This document shows, piece after piece, positions 29,634 to 40,104 of a DNA stretch of 64,000 nucleotides. The translations under genes and the position numbers were made by a program. The notes under the pieces are model-generated. The model was not told the DNA's origin. It searched no databases and saw only the letters and a program-made list of their open reading frames with translations. Positions within the stretch are counted from its first letter, which is position 1. Each line of letters starts with the position of its first letter. This DNA is from a virus: the IMG/VR virus record IMGVR_UViG_3300031949_000005, positions 64,001 through 128,000 of that record. The stretch is one strand, 5' to 3'.

Positions 29634-30602
29634 ATGAATAAGTCTATATTAATAATACCAAATAATAAAAAATCCTTGGATTTGATTAGCGTCGGATATA
29701 AAAACGTATTAGAATATCTCGGATATAACGTTTATTATGAAAATCCATCAAATAAAAGAGATATTATTAATTTAATTGAAAAGTATAATGTCGATATTAT
29801 ATTTTCAGGCTCACAAAATGGAGTTTTTCAGCTACCCGTAAATACCATAAATAAAAATAAGGTTAAGATTATTTTTAAAATATTCCCTATTGACCAAAAT
29901 CTTCTGCACATAGAAGAAGAAATAATAAAATCTATTGAATATATATATTTATGGTCAGAAATTAAAGAACATACAAATGAACGAATAAATTATCTACCAT
30001 TAGCAGGTAATCTTCTCTATACTGCATCAATACTAAAAAAAGAAAATGATATATTATTATCTAATAATTTCGAAAATGATAAAGAAACTATAGACAAGTG
30101 GATATCCCCGATCACTAAACGATTCAAAATTACCAATAACACAATAATATTAATGAACACAGATAATTATCCTCAAAACCTTTTCTTGTCATGCTATTTA
30201 TTTATAAATTTACATAACCAAGATGATAAAACAAAAAATATATATCTTGATACCAATACATTTGATTCTTTACTGTGGGGATGTTATCAATTAAATGACA
30301 TAGAATTATCTAAAGATCTAATGAACGAAAATATTATTTATTTTTCTACTCAATATAATCTCATATCTTTATGTGAATCATTATTAAAAGATAAAGATAA
30401 ACTTATAGATAATATTATTAAATCTTCTTCATTTATTGCCCAGAATCATACTTATTTTAATAGACTTAATATTGTTTTTAAATATTTTGATATGATAGAT
30501 ATTTGTAATCAATGTATGGAGAAACATGATATTGTGGTTACTAAACATAAGTGGTTATTAAAAAATAATATGAATACACAAAAGGAATTTGTTCATGTCT
30601 AG
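29634..30602 (+). CDS. glycosyltransferase-like protein (CgeB type), divergent
   Basis: YLPLA, INLH and terminal NHTYFNR motif. Confidence 0.5.
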   Translation: MNKSILIIPNNKKSLDLISVGYKNVLEYLGYNVYYENPSNKRDIINLIEKYNVDIIFSGSQNGVFQLPVNTINKNKVKIIFKIFPIDQNLLHIEEEIIKSIEYIYLWSEIKEHTNERINYLPLAGNLLYTASILKKENDILLSNNFENDKETIDKWISPITKRFKITNNTIILMNTDNYPQNLFLSCYLFINLHNQDDKTKNIYLDTNTFDSLLWGCYQLNDIELSKDLMNENIIYFSTQYNLISLCESLLKDKDKLIDNIIKSSSFIAQNHTYFNRLNIVFKYFDMIDICNQCMEKHDIVVTKHKWLLKNNMNTQKEFVHV

Positions 30603-31101
30603 ATTATGTATTCCTACATATACTGTTCTTAGAGATTCCAGAGAGAAAGAAGGACATGGATGGGAATTTAAACAACATAAACCAGAAAAGCGTCCACCGA
30701 GATGCGAAGGAATGATTATTAGTACACTTAAAACAGGAGATTATTCTCTTTTGAATTATGAAGATCTTTTAGTTATAGAGAGAAAACTTGATTATTCAGA
30801 ACTATGGGGTAATTATGGTAAAAGAAAATGTTTTGAAGAAGAATGTGAACGAATGCAAAGTATTAAATATAGGTATATAATTATAGAATCTCATTTAACC
30901 AGCGATGTGCTTAGTCTCTCTCCACCACAATTTTCAAAGGGTGTACCAGGACGTGCGTTAATTAGCTGGCTTTGTAATTTATCTTTATCATATGGCGTAC
31001 ATATTATTCCTGTTGGATCTTGTGGTAAGAAATATTGTCAATTAATCTTTGAAGAAGTGGTCAGAATAGAAAGAGATAGATGGACAACAAATGACAACTA
31101 A
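30589..31101 (+). CDS. ERCC4-domain nuclease
   Basis: DSRE, LKTGDYS, IERK motifs. Confidence 0.85.
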   Translation: MFMSRLCIPTYTVLRDSREKEGHGWEFKQHKPEKRPPRCEGMIISTLKTGDYSLLNYEDLLVIERKLDYSELWGNYGKRKCFEEECERMQSIKYRYIIIESHLTSDVLSLSPPQFSKGVPGRALISWLCNLSLSYGVHIIPVGSCGKKYCQLIFEEVVRIERDRWTTNDN

Positions 31102-34100
31102 AAATATTATAACATTACAAGATTTAATGGAAGGAGACGAAGGTAAGTACGCATATTTATTTCCTTATAGAGATCGTATACCGGAAGTACAAAATCATAT
31201 TTTTTCTGATATACAAAGATATAATCAAAGTATGGATAAAATAATTATTTCTAATATGTTAAATATTGATTATATCGGATGGACAGCTAAAGTTCTTCTT
31301 GGATTAGATCTCTTTCCTATTCAAATAGCAATGATTCAGACTTTATGGAAAACTCCTTTCCCTATGGTTGTAGCAGCAAGAGGAGGAAGTAAAACTTTTA
31401 CTCTTGCTGTTTATGTTGTATTAAGAGCATTATTAGAACAAGGAACAAAAATTGTTATCATTGGAGCAGGATTAAGACAAGCAAAATTAGTTTTCAATTA
31501 TATAGAAAATATATGGAATAATTGTTCTGTTCTAAGAAGTATAGTAGGTGGTGGGAAAAAAGGTGGACCAAGACAAAATGTCGATTTATGTTATTTTAAT
31601 ATTGGGGAATCTAGTGTTGTGGCGCTGCCTTTAGGCGACGGCTGTGCTTCAAAAAATACAGCAATAACTTATTTTGATAGATTTGGTACTATATCAGATT
31701 ATCAACCTAATCATATTATTGATAAAAATATTATAAAAAGAAATGAATCAGTTTGGGGAAATGGGAATTTTAATATATCTGATGAGTCCTATTGTAATGG
31801 TTTGCAAAAAACTAAAAAAATAAAAACCCATAAAGGATTTGAATTTGAAGCTACCCATAATCATAAACTTAAAATTTTAAGAAACCATGAGATAATTTGG
31901 ACACGTATGGATGAAATGCAAATTGGTGATAAAATTTTAATAGATAGAACACATAGGTGGCATAATGGTAATACAAATATAGAAAATGAAGAATCTTATG
32001 CTCTGGGATTATTAATTGGTGATGGATCATATACAAATCCATATACTATTGGTTTTGCTACACAAGACCCGGAATTGGCCCATGCTGTTAAAAAAATTGT
32101 GCCGATCAAACAAAGTAATTATCAAAAAGAATATGACAATAATCATTGGACATATCATGGCAAAGAAGTGATATCGTGTATATTTAATCGTTTCGGGATA
32201 TCTGACTATAAAACAAAAGATAAACAATTTCCATCTGAAATTCTTAGATCCTCAAGAGAAGTTACTTCAGCATTTATTTCTGGACTTTTCGATACAGATG
32301 GCTGCGTACAAATATCTACTGCTAAAGGCGGTATTGCTATTACTGTTAGTTTTTGTAATACAAGTAAAAGACTAATAGAGCAATTACAATATATATTGCT
32401 ACATTATGGAATAGTCGCCTATGTAACTTCCAGGAAAAGATCAGAAAAATGGGAAAGATGCTATGAATTGATTATTACAGGTAATGATGTTCTTAAATTT
32501 GCTAATGAAATTGGATTTAGACTTAAAAGAAAACAAAATAAATTATTAAATGCTATTGCTAATAAAAAACGATGGATGAATCACGGCGACGAAGTTCCAA
32601 ATATTTTACCATTGATGAGAAATATATCTAAAGACAATAAGGCTAAAAAAGGATTAATGAAAACATCATCTGTTTGTTATAAGAGATTATTGGGTAAAAA
32701 AACTGCTAGTAGACCTCTTGTTAATAATTTTCTTAGAATATATGGTAATATAAAAAATAATAACATTGATATTATACGAGGTTTAAATAATGATAATATA
32801 TATTATGACGAAATAGTAAGTATAGAAGATTCTGAATGTGTAACTTTTGATATTCATGTTCCAGATACTCATGAATATTGCGCGAATGGATTTTATAGTC
32901 ATAATTCAAAAATTCGTGGTTTCAGAGCGAATATCATCATAGCGGACGAATTTGCGTCCATCCCAGAGGATGTATTTGATATTGTCGTTAGAGGTTTTGC
33001 TTCTACTACAAAATCTCCGGTGGATGAAGCAAAAAGACTTGCTTTTCAAAAAAGATTAGCAAATATGGATTTACCACAAGATGTTAAAAACGTTATACAA
33101 GAAAAATCGCCGACTGGTAATCAGATAGTTTATTCTGGGACAGCATATTATGCTTTTAATCATTTCGCTAAAAAATTTAAAATGTGGAGAGAAATTATTC
33201 AAAGCAAAGGAAATGTTAACAAAGTTTCTGAAATCTTTGGTGGTTATACATCTATACCAGATAATTTTAATTATAAAGATTATGCTGTTATTAGAATTCC
33301 ATACAATTATTTACCAGAAGGATTATTGGATCAAAGACAATTAGCGCATGCGAAAGCTATGTTACCAAAAAATATTTTTCTTATGGAATATGGTGCGATA
33401 TTCGTTGCGGATAGCGATGGTGTATTCCCCAGAAGCTTAATAGAGGCATGTAGTGTGACACCCTCTAGACCAATTCAAACAGCAGATGGAGATGTTATTT
33501 TTACTCCAAGAATGTCTGGTGATTCCAAATTAAAATATGTGATGGGAATAGATCCTGCTGCCGAACAAGATAAATTATCTATTGCTATTATAGAAATTTG
33601 GCCTAATCATTATAGAGTAGTTTATTGTTGGTCTATTAATAAACAAGAATTTAGTAAGAGAAAGAAAAATGGATTTGTTAAAGAAGATGATTATTATACA
33701 TATGTATGTAATAAAACAAAGGATTTGATTTCTAGATTTAATATAATTAGGATAGAAATGGATAGCCAGGGCGGTGGATATCCTATATCAGAAATGTTAA
33801 GAAATAAAAAATTACTAGATAAGGATAAAAAAGATTTTCCTGTATATGAAATAATAGATAGAGATAATCCTCAATATACAGATGGAGAAGTAGATGGCCC
33901 ACATATATTGAATTTGGTTAAACAAAGTACAGAATATAATTCTTTGGCTAATATGTGTTTGCATAAAAGTTTTGAAACTAAAAGGCTCTTATTTCCAGCA
34001 TTCGATACAGTACAAATGTATTCTGCATTAATGGCTGAAATAGCCCTGGAAGTAAAAATAGATACATATGAAGAATGTGTCAATAATATAGAAGAAATGA

Positions 34101-34453
34101 AAAATGAAATATGCACAATACAAGTAACCGAAACATCTACTGGCAAAGAAAGATTCGATACCCCTAATGTTTCTCAACCAGGATCTACAGAAGGAAGATC
34201 TAGAAAAGGTAGATTACGGAAAGATAGATATACATCATTATTAATAGCCCATAAATATATATACGACAATGATGTTAAGGTTGATTTACCAATAGATTAT
34301 TCTGATGTTGTTGGTAATGTAAAAAAATATAGCCAAACTAATGAAAAAGAAGGTTTATATAGAGGTCCAGGTATGGGAAGAATGAAAAATGGTTCTGACT
34401 GGATGAATAAAAAGAATTCGTTTGGTGCTGTAAAAGATAGGAAAAAAATATAA
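31091..34453 (+). CDS. terL: terminase large subunit with intein
   Basis: ARGGSKT, IRGFRA..IIADEFA, GIDPA nuclease motif, KDRY; upstream of the portal. Confidence 0.88.
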   Translation: MTTKNIITLQDLMEGDEGKYAYLFPYRDRIPEVQNHIFSDIQRYNQSMDKIIISNMLNIDYIGWTAKVLLGLDLFPIQIAMIQTLWKTPFPMVVAARGGSKTFTLAVYVVLRALLEQGTKIVIIGAGLRQAKLVFNYIENIWNNCSVLRSIVGGGKKGGPRQNVDLCYFNIGESSVVALPLGDGCASKNTAITYFDRFGTISDYQPNHIIDKNIIKRNESVWGNGNFNISDESYCNGLQKTKKIKTHKGFEFEATHNHKLKILRNHEIIWTRMDEMQIGDKILIDRTHRWHNGNTNIENEESYALGLLIGDGSYTNPYTIGFATQDPELAHAVKKIVPIKQSNYQKEYDNNHWTYHGKEVISCIFNRFGISDYKTKDKQFPSEILRSSREVTSAFISGLFDTDGCVQISTAKGGIAITVSFCNTSKRLIEQLQYILLHYGIVAYVTSRKRSEKWERCYELIITGNDVLKFANEIGFRLKRKQNKLLNAIANKKRWMNHGDEVPNILPLMRNISKDNKAKKGLMKTSSVCYKRLLGKKTASRPLVNNFLRIYGNIKNNNIDIIRGLNNDNIYYDEIVSIEDSECVTFDIHVPDTHEYCANGFYSHNSKIRGFRANIIIADEFASIPEDVFDIVVRGFASTTKSPVDEAKRLAFQKRLANMDLPQDVKNVIQEKSPTGNQIVYSGTAYYAFNHFAKKFKMWREIIQSKGNVNKVSEIFGGYTSIPDNFNYKDYAVIRIPYNYLPEGLLDQRQLAHAKAMLPKNIFLMEYGAIFVADSDGVFPRSLIEACSVTPSRPIQTADGDVIFTPRMSGDSKLKYVMGIDPAAEQDKLSIAIIEIWPNHYRVVYCWSINKQEFSKRKKNGFVKEDDYYTYVCNKTKDLISRFNIIRIEMDSQGGGYPISEMLRNKKLLDKDKKDFPVYEIIDRDNPQYTDGEVDGPHILNLVKQSTEYNSLANMCLHKSFETKRLLFPAFDTVQMYSALMAEIALEVKIDTYEECVNNIEEMKNEICTIQVTETSTGKERFDTPNVSQPGSTEGRSRKGRLRKDRYTSLLIAHKYIYDNDVKVDLPIDYSDVVGNVKKYSQTNEKEGLYRGPGMGRMKNGSDWMNKKNSFGAVKDRKKI
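31643..32905 (+). mobile_element. intein (421 aa) with LAGLIDADG endonuclease
   Basis: G|CASKNT...ATHNH...LGLLIGDG...ISGLFDTDG...FDIHVP..HEYCANGFYSHN|S. Confidence 0.93.
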
Positions 34454-34504
34454 TTGTGTATAATAATGGGATTATGGTCTAACCGTAATTGAATCGAGAA
34501 AATT

Positions 34505-36601
34505 ATGGCAAAAGAAAAAAATGAGGGATTGTACACAACTGGTAAGGATTTATCGGATTATCAACTTCCCGATGATAATGTTTTAATTAGATCAATTTCT
34601 GGAGATACACACAGATCAGTAGCGGAAAGCGTAGCAAGAATTAAATTAAAATCTGGACATAATAGAAATGATGTTGATTTTCATAGACCAGAAGATGCTA
34701 TACCAAATACCCATGAAGCAATAATAGAAGCGTGTCAAGCTATCTATAAAAAAATAGGTATTATAAGAAATGTTATAGACCTTATGTCTGATTTTGCTGC
34801 TGGTGGATTAAGCATACAACATTCAGTTAAAGGTCAAGAACGATTTTTCAAAAAATGGGCAGAAAAAGTTGATCTTGCTAATAGGGCACACGATTTTATG
34901 AAATTGTTTATGCGTGACGGGAATATTATTATTAAAAGAAAATTGGCGATAATAACAAAGCCTGCTTTAAAAGATATGATGAAAGCGGATATGTATGATC
35001 CAAGTAATTTACCAGTAGACGAGGATCATAAACTCGATCAGCCATTAAAAATAAAGAAAGAAAAAAAGAATATTAATAAAAGAGAAATTCCATGGTCTTA
35101 TACGTTTTTGTCACCATTATTGGTTCAAAAAGTAGGTGGCTCAATAGGTAAATTTTTTGGCACAGAATCAATAGCTTTCAAAATACCAAAGGAATTAGCG
35201 CAGTCTATAAAAAATCCTAAAACTGCTGTAGAAAAAGACTTAATAAAGAAACTACCTGCCGAAGTATTGAATTCGGTGAATAGTAGCAATAATAATTCTG
35301 TATTGCTTGATCCATCCACGATATATTTAGATTATTATAAAAAAGATGATTGGGAATCTTGGGGTACACCATTTTTATATGGTATTTTAGAAGATGTTCT
35401 TTTTAAAGAAAAAATGAGATTGGCCGATATGGCCGCTTTGGATGGTGTTATTAACGTAGTAAGATTGTGGAAACTTGGTCGTTCGGACAAAGATATTCTT
35501 CCTACTAAAACTGGCGTTAATAAACTTCTGGATTTATTATCACACAATGTTGGCGGCGGTATAATGGATATCGTTTGGGACGATATGATTGATTATAAAG
35601 TAGAGTATCCTCCGACAGACAAAATTCTTGGTGCAGATAAATATAAATCAGTAAATTCAGATATAATAAAAGGTCTTGGTATTCCAGATGCATTAATAGG
35701 TGGTGGAGATTCCACAACACGAAATGGGCAAACAGCATTTGTTCAATTAAAAACACTTGTAGAAAGATTAGAATATGTAAGAGGTAGATGTATTAGATGG
35801 ATACAGAGTGAGCTTAAGATGGTGGCCGATGCATTTGGATTTAAAGAAATTCCTAATATTTCTTTTGGTATTATGTCTCTGAGAGATGAAGCTGCCGAAA
35901 AACAATTAATAATTCAGTTATTAGATCGTAATATTATATCCGTTGAAACCGCTTGTCAAATCTTCGGACAAGATTTTATGATTGAATTGGGGCATATGAA
36001 AGAAGAGGACAAGATTAGGGAATCAAATCCTCCTATGTTAGAAAAGGCTAATCCATATTATAGACCCAATAGTCAAATGGAATTACAACAAAAATTTGCA
36101 GTTGATTTACAAGATAAAAAATTAGGTTTAAATGGTGGTGACAATTTATCTGGAGATCAACCTAGGTCTGTTGATACCAAAGAAGCTGGTAGACCTAACA
36201 ATACTATAGATACTAAAAAAAGAGATGAAAGAACTAACAGAATATTGTCTGTATACAAGACTGTTGGTGAAAAAATATTTGATAATTTAGATGAAATTAT
36301 AGATAAAATGTTTTTAGAATCTAATGGGGTTAAGAATATTAGATCCTTAACGAAAGATCAAAAGATATCGTTAGAAAATATTAAAATATGTATTTTCCCA
36401 CAAATTGATACCAAAGATAATCTTGATGAAAATTTAATAATAAATTGCATAAATAAACCTAATGAAAATATTGTTAAGAATTTTTGTGGGATATTTACAT
36501 CCTTACTTACTGATTATCAAAAAATAAATAATTGTATTCCAGATATTAAAGAAAAGAAATCTTTAATGTGTTCTTCATGGTCTATCTTAAAAACTTCGTA
36601 A
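34505..36601 (+). CDS. portal protein
   Basis: Position after terL; size; IIRNVIDLMSDF, WGTPFL. Confidence 0.7.
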   Translation: MAKEKNEGLYTTGKDLSDYQLPDDNVLIRSISGDTHRSVAESVARIKLKSGHNRNDVDFHRPEDAIPNTHEAIIEACQAIYKKIGIIRNVIDLMSDFAAGGLSIQHSVKGQERFFKKWAEKVDLANRAHDFMKLFMRDGNIIIKRKLAIITKPALKDMMKADMYDPSNLPVDEDHKLDQPLKIKKEKKNINKREIPWSYTFLSPLLVQKVGGSIGKFFGTESIAFKIPKELAQSIKNPKTAVEKDLIKKLPAEVLNSVNSSNNNSVLLDPSTIYLDYYKKDDWESWGTPFLYGILEDVLFKEKMRLADMAALDGVINVVRLWKLGRSDKDILPTKTGVNKLLDLLSHNVGGGIMDIVWDDMIDYKVEYPPTDKILGADKYKSVNSDIIKGLGIPDALIGGGDSTTRNGQTAFVQLKTLVERLEYVRGRCIRWIQSELKMVADAFGFKEIPNISFGIMSLRDEAAEKQLIIQLLDRNIISVETACQIFGQDFMIELGHMKEEDKIRESNPPMLEKANPYYRPNSQMELQQKFAVDLQDKKLGLNGGDNLSGDQPRSVDTKEAGRPNNTIDTKKRDERTNRILSVYKTVGEKIFDNLDEIIDKMFLESNGVKNIRSLTKDQKISLENIKICIFPQIDTKDNLDENLIINCINKPNENIVKNFCGIFTSLLTDYQKINNCIPDIKEKKSLMCSSWSILKTS

Positions 36602-36672
36602 AGAGTTTAATATTTTTATTAATAGGGGATTATATAACAGGGTCAAGAAATATCAAACGGAGGTATAAAAAA

Positions 36673-37002
36673 ATGGCAATAGTGAATGTGTCCTTAGATA
36701 CTAACACAAAAGAATGTGTTTTAACAATTGATGGTGTTCTGGTGTCTGCGAGTGAGATATATTTCGCAAAATATACCGACTATAATGATCCCGAGAAATA
36801 TATTAAGGATTTTTCCTATACAGTCAAAGTTAGCGATAATAATGGTTTAATAGAAACTAGAAGATATTACTTGCCTAAAGAAGAACATATGATGAATGAA
36901 GCTAACTTAATTATTGATGCAAAAACTGGTTTATCATCAGAAAAGGTCATAAATCAGGACAAAATAGTAGAAGAAATTTCTGCATTATTTAATAATAAAT
37001 AA
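36673..37002 (+). CDS. hypothetical protein
   Basis: GGAGG RBS before MAIVN. Confidence 0.6.
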   Translation: MAIVNVSLDTNTKECVLTIDGVLVSASEIYFAKYTDYNDPEKYIKDFSYTVKVSDNNGLIETRRYYLPKEEHMMNEANLIIDAKTGLSSEKVINQDKIVEEISALFNNK

Positions 37003-37063
37003 TAATTGATGAAAAGTATTTAAAATTAATTTTATTGTGTATAAAAATAAAGTCGGAGAATAA

Positions 37064-38455
37064 ATGAAAATATATCACAAAGAAATTTCGGATGGTCTTA
37101 TAGGCAAACTTCACGCATCTCGTGGGACTATATTAAAGGTTAAATATCCTAAAATATTAAATAAGGCCAATGATTCTAATGCTAATATAAAAACATTACA
37201 AGATTTAATTGGTACTGAACAAAAAGATTTATCACTTCTTGTTTCTATTCTTGTCAGCACTGGATGGAATTTGAATGATGACGTATTTCTTCCGGCAGAG
37301 ATCTGGCAAGCCAGAAATACTCCAGTCCATAAACCAATTAATTATATGCATGATGAGACGATTATTCTGGGCCATATCGTTTCTAGTCGTGCTGTAAATA
37401 AAGACAGTACCGATATAATGGATGATAAAGAACTTCCTTTAAGCTTCGATATAGAAGTTGCTGGTGTTTTATATAAAGCTTTACCTAAAATAAGAGATCA
37501 AATATCTGATATTATATCAAAAGCAAACAATGGTGAAATGTTCGTTTCTATGGAATGTTGGTTTTCTGATTTTGATTATGCTTTTCTTGATGTTAAAACT
37601 GGTACTACCAAAGTTGTTAAAAGAAATGAATCTACAGCGTTTTTAACTAAGCATTTAAAATTAATGGGTGGTACTGGAGATTTTAATGGTAATAAATTGG
37701 GAAGAGTTTTAAGAAATATAAATTTCGGTGGCCAAGGCATAGTAACGAATCCTGCGAATCCAGATTCTGTTATAAAGATTGCCGCCGAACGTGTTAATAA
37801 TAAACCTTTTTTTCTAATTAACGAATTTAATCTACCTAAATGTTTTCAACAAATAGAAGATTGTGAAAAATCACAAGAAAAAACAAATTTGAAGGGGGGT
37901 GTCGAGATGAGCACAAAAGCTGATAATCAAGTATCTGATACAAAGGAAGTATCTGTTGATACTACGGTTCAATCTAAACTAGATGAATCAAATGTTAAGC
38001 TATTAGACGCAACTAAGGAAATTGATAAGTTGATTGCGGAAAAAACAAATCTTCTGAAGGAGATAGATCGTCTGAGTAAAACGGCTGATGCAACCTCGAA
38101 AGAACTAGAGGATATTAAGAAAACTACTATAGCTAATGAAAGACTTGCTAAGCTAAAAGCATTAACAAAAATTGAAGATGAAAAGGCTACTCTAGATGAG
38201 CTAAGAAATATGACTGATGAAACTTTTGCTGTTGTTGTTAAATATGCTAAAAAAGAAGATAAGTCAGAAGCTCAAAATAAAAAAGACGATGTAACAGATG
38301 ATGCCGAGGAATCATTATCAAAAGCTGAAGTAAAAGATGAGCCGGCATTTAATGCAGAAGAAAAGAATGCTAGTGATAAATTGGCAGAAGTAGCTATAGC
38401 TACAGCTAATCTATTACTTAGTCGTAAAAAGAACGATAAACAGAAGGAGGTGTAG
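37064..38455 (+). CDS. prohead protease / scaffold protein
   Basis: NLNDDVF, KPINYMH, VSMECWF, G.V.NPANP; charged coiled-coil C-terminus. Confidence 0.65.
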   Translation: MKIYHKEISDGLIGKLHASRGTILKVKYPKILNKANDSNANIKTLQDLIGTEQKDLSLLVSILVSTGWNLNDDVFLPAEIWQARNTPVHKPINYMHDETIILGHIVSSRAVNKDSTDIMDDKELPLSFDIEVAGVLYKALPKIRDQISDIISKANNGEMFVSMECWFSDFDYAFLDVKTGTTKVVKRNESTAFLTKHLKLMGGTGDFNGNKLGRVLRNINFGGQGIVTNPANPDSVIKIAAERVNNKPFFLINEFNLPKCFQQIEDCEKSQEKTNLKGGVEMSTKADNQVSDTKEVSVDTTVQSKLDESNVKLLDATKEIDKLIAEKTNLLKEIDRLSKTADATSKELEDIKKTTIANERLAKLKALTKIEDEKATLDELRNMTDETFAVVVKYAKKEDKSEAQNKKDDVTDDAEESLSKAEVKDEPAFNAEEKNASDKLAEVAIATANLLLSRKKNDKQKEV

Positions 38456-38461
38456 AAGATA

Positions 38462-38929
38462 ATGCTTAAACCAGACAGAGATTATGCGGAAGTAACAGAT
38501 ATATCTAATTATTGGTCAGAAGTCGCTGGTCAAGCCACTCAAGAAAAAGGTGGAATCGCTTGTGTTGAAACCCAGGGATCTGGAGTAGCTATGGATGATG
38601 TAAACAATGTCGTACTTTACCATGCTACTGGTTCTGGTAGTGTTCCAAAAGGCGTATTACTACAAGATGTTAATCCCCCATTAAGTGCAACACGAGATTA
38701 TAAGAATTTTCACAATATGGAAGTTCGTCCTGGCGAGAAGGTAACATTACTTCGTAAGGGATGGCTAGTAACCGATATGATTCTTGGTACACCAACACAG
38801 GGAGCAAATGCTTATGTTGGTGTTAGTGGTCTTATAACACCGACATCAGGTACTGCTGTCGCCAAAATTGGTCGTTTTGAAACAACACTTGATGCAGATG
38901 GATTTGCTAAAGTATACATTGATATATAA
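38462..38929 (+). CDS. head decoration / cement-like protein
   Basis: Between protease and capsid genes; Gly-rich beta protein. Confidence 0.55.
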   Translation: MLKPDRDYAEVTDISNYWSEVAGQATQEKGGIACVETQGSGVAMDDVNNVVLYHATGSGSVPKGVLLQDVNPPLSATRDYKNFHNMEVRPGEKVTLLRKGWLVTDMILGTPTQGANAYVGVSGLITPTSGTAVAKIGRFETTLDADGFAKVYIDI

Positions 38930-38946
38930 TAAAGGGGGTGAAGTAG

Positions 38947-39978
38947 ATGAAGCGTAATGTACAAAAACCTACAGAAGATATGATTAATTTACTAAAAGCA
39001 ACAGCTTCTAATGATTCAAATGAAGCTAATTCAGCTATGAGAGCGTTAGCACAAGCTCTTCAAATTCCACTAAGATCCGCCTTGGTTAATGGCGATATTC
39101 TTGATGGTATTTTTGCGCCAGAGGTATTAGATCCAGGTGCGACAGCAGAATATCCAATTGATTTCTTCACACAAGACAATGAGGATGATTTTATCGCATA
39201 TACTGTTCCGAGCGAAGGAGCTATTCCTACCAGAACTATCTCCGGCGATATCGTTACAGTATCAACATTCGATAGTGCTAACTCTGTTGATTGGCCACTT
39301 AAATATGCTCGTCAAGCACGATGGAATATTGTGTCTAGAGCTATGGAGGTTCTAGAAGCGGGTTTCGTTCGTAAGATGAATACCGACGGATGGAGATTGT
39401 TAATTTCGGCTGGTGCTGGTAGAACAGATTTTGGTGGTGGAGCACCAATGGTATTCGATGCCAACGCCTCTGTTGGTCAATTTACTAAGAGATTAGTAAG
39501 TTTGATGAAAACAACTATGACACGTCTTGCTGGTGGAAATCGCGCAAGTCTAAGTCGTGGTCGTCTAACAGATCTTTATATGTCTCCAGAAGCACTAGAA
39601 GATATTCGTGAATGGGATCAGAATGATGTTGATGATTTTACTCGTAGGGATATTTTCCTAGCTAGTGATAATCCAGAATCTGGACCACTTGCTGGTATTT
39701 ATGGTGTAAGACTTCATCCATTTACAGAATTAGGCGTTGATCAGGAATTTCAAAACTATTTTGATTCTCTTAGTGTTAGTATGGGCGCATCAGATGAAGA
39801 AATAGTTGTTGGTCTTGATCTTCAGGAAAATGATTCGTTTGTAATGCCAGTAAAAGAACAATTGACTATTTTCGAGGATCCGGCTTTACACAGGCGCAGA
39901 AAGGCAGGCTTCTACGCCTGGCAGGAACATGGATTCGCTGTTTTGGACCCGAGACGGGTACTTTTGGGGTCTTTCTAG
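38947..39978 (+). CDS. major capsid protein
   Basis: 343 aa; position; C-terminal GFYAWQEHGFAVLDPRRV; followed by a terminator. Confidence 0.75.
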   Translation: MKRNVQKPTEDMINLLKATASNDSNEANSAMRALAQALQIPLRSALVNGDILDGIFAPEVLDPGATAEYPIDFFTQDNEDDFIAYTVPSEGAIPTRTISGDIVTVSTFDSANSVDWPLKYARQARWNIVSRAMEVLEAGFVRKMNTDGWRLLISAGAGRTDFGGGAPMVFDANASVGQFTKRLVSLMKTTMTRLAGGNRASLSRGRLTDLYMSPEALEDIREWDQNDVDDFTRRDIFLASDNPESGPLAGIYGVRLHPFTELGVDQEFQNYFDSLSVSMGASDEEIVVGLDLQENDSFVMPVKEQLTIFEDPALHRRRKAGFYAWQEHGFAVLDPRRVLLGSF

Positions 39979-40003
39979 GAACCTTTTAAAACTAATGAAA
40001 ACG

Positions 40004-40028
40004 GGGAGATGAAAATTCTCCCTTTTTT
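40004..40028 (+). terminator. intrinsic terminator
   Basis: GGGAGA-TGAAAAT-TCTCCC-TTTTTT. Confidence 0.75.
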
Positions 40029-40104
40029 CTTATAAAAAAATAAAAAACTCCATAGGATGAGTGTATAATACTATACGAGGAATTCTTTAGAAGGAGGATT
40101 ATGG

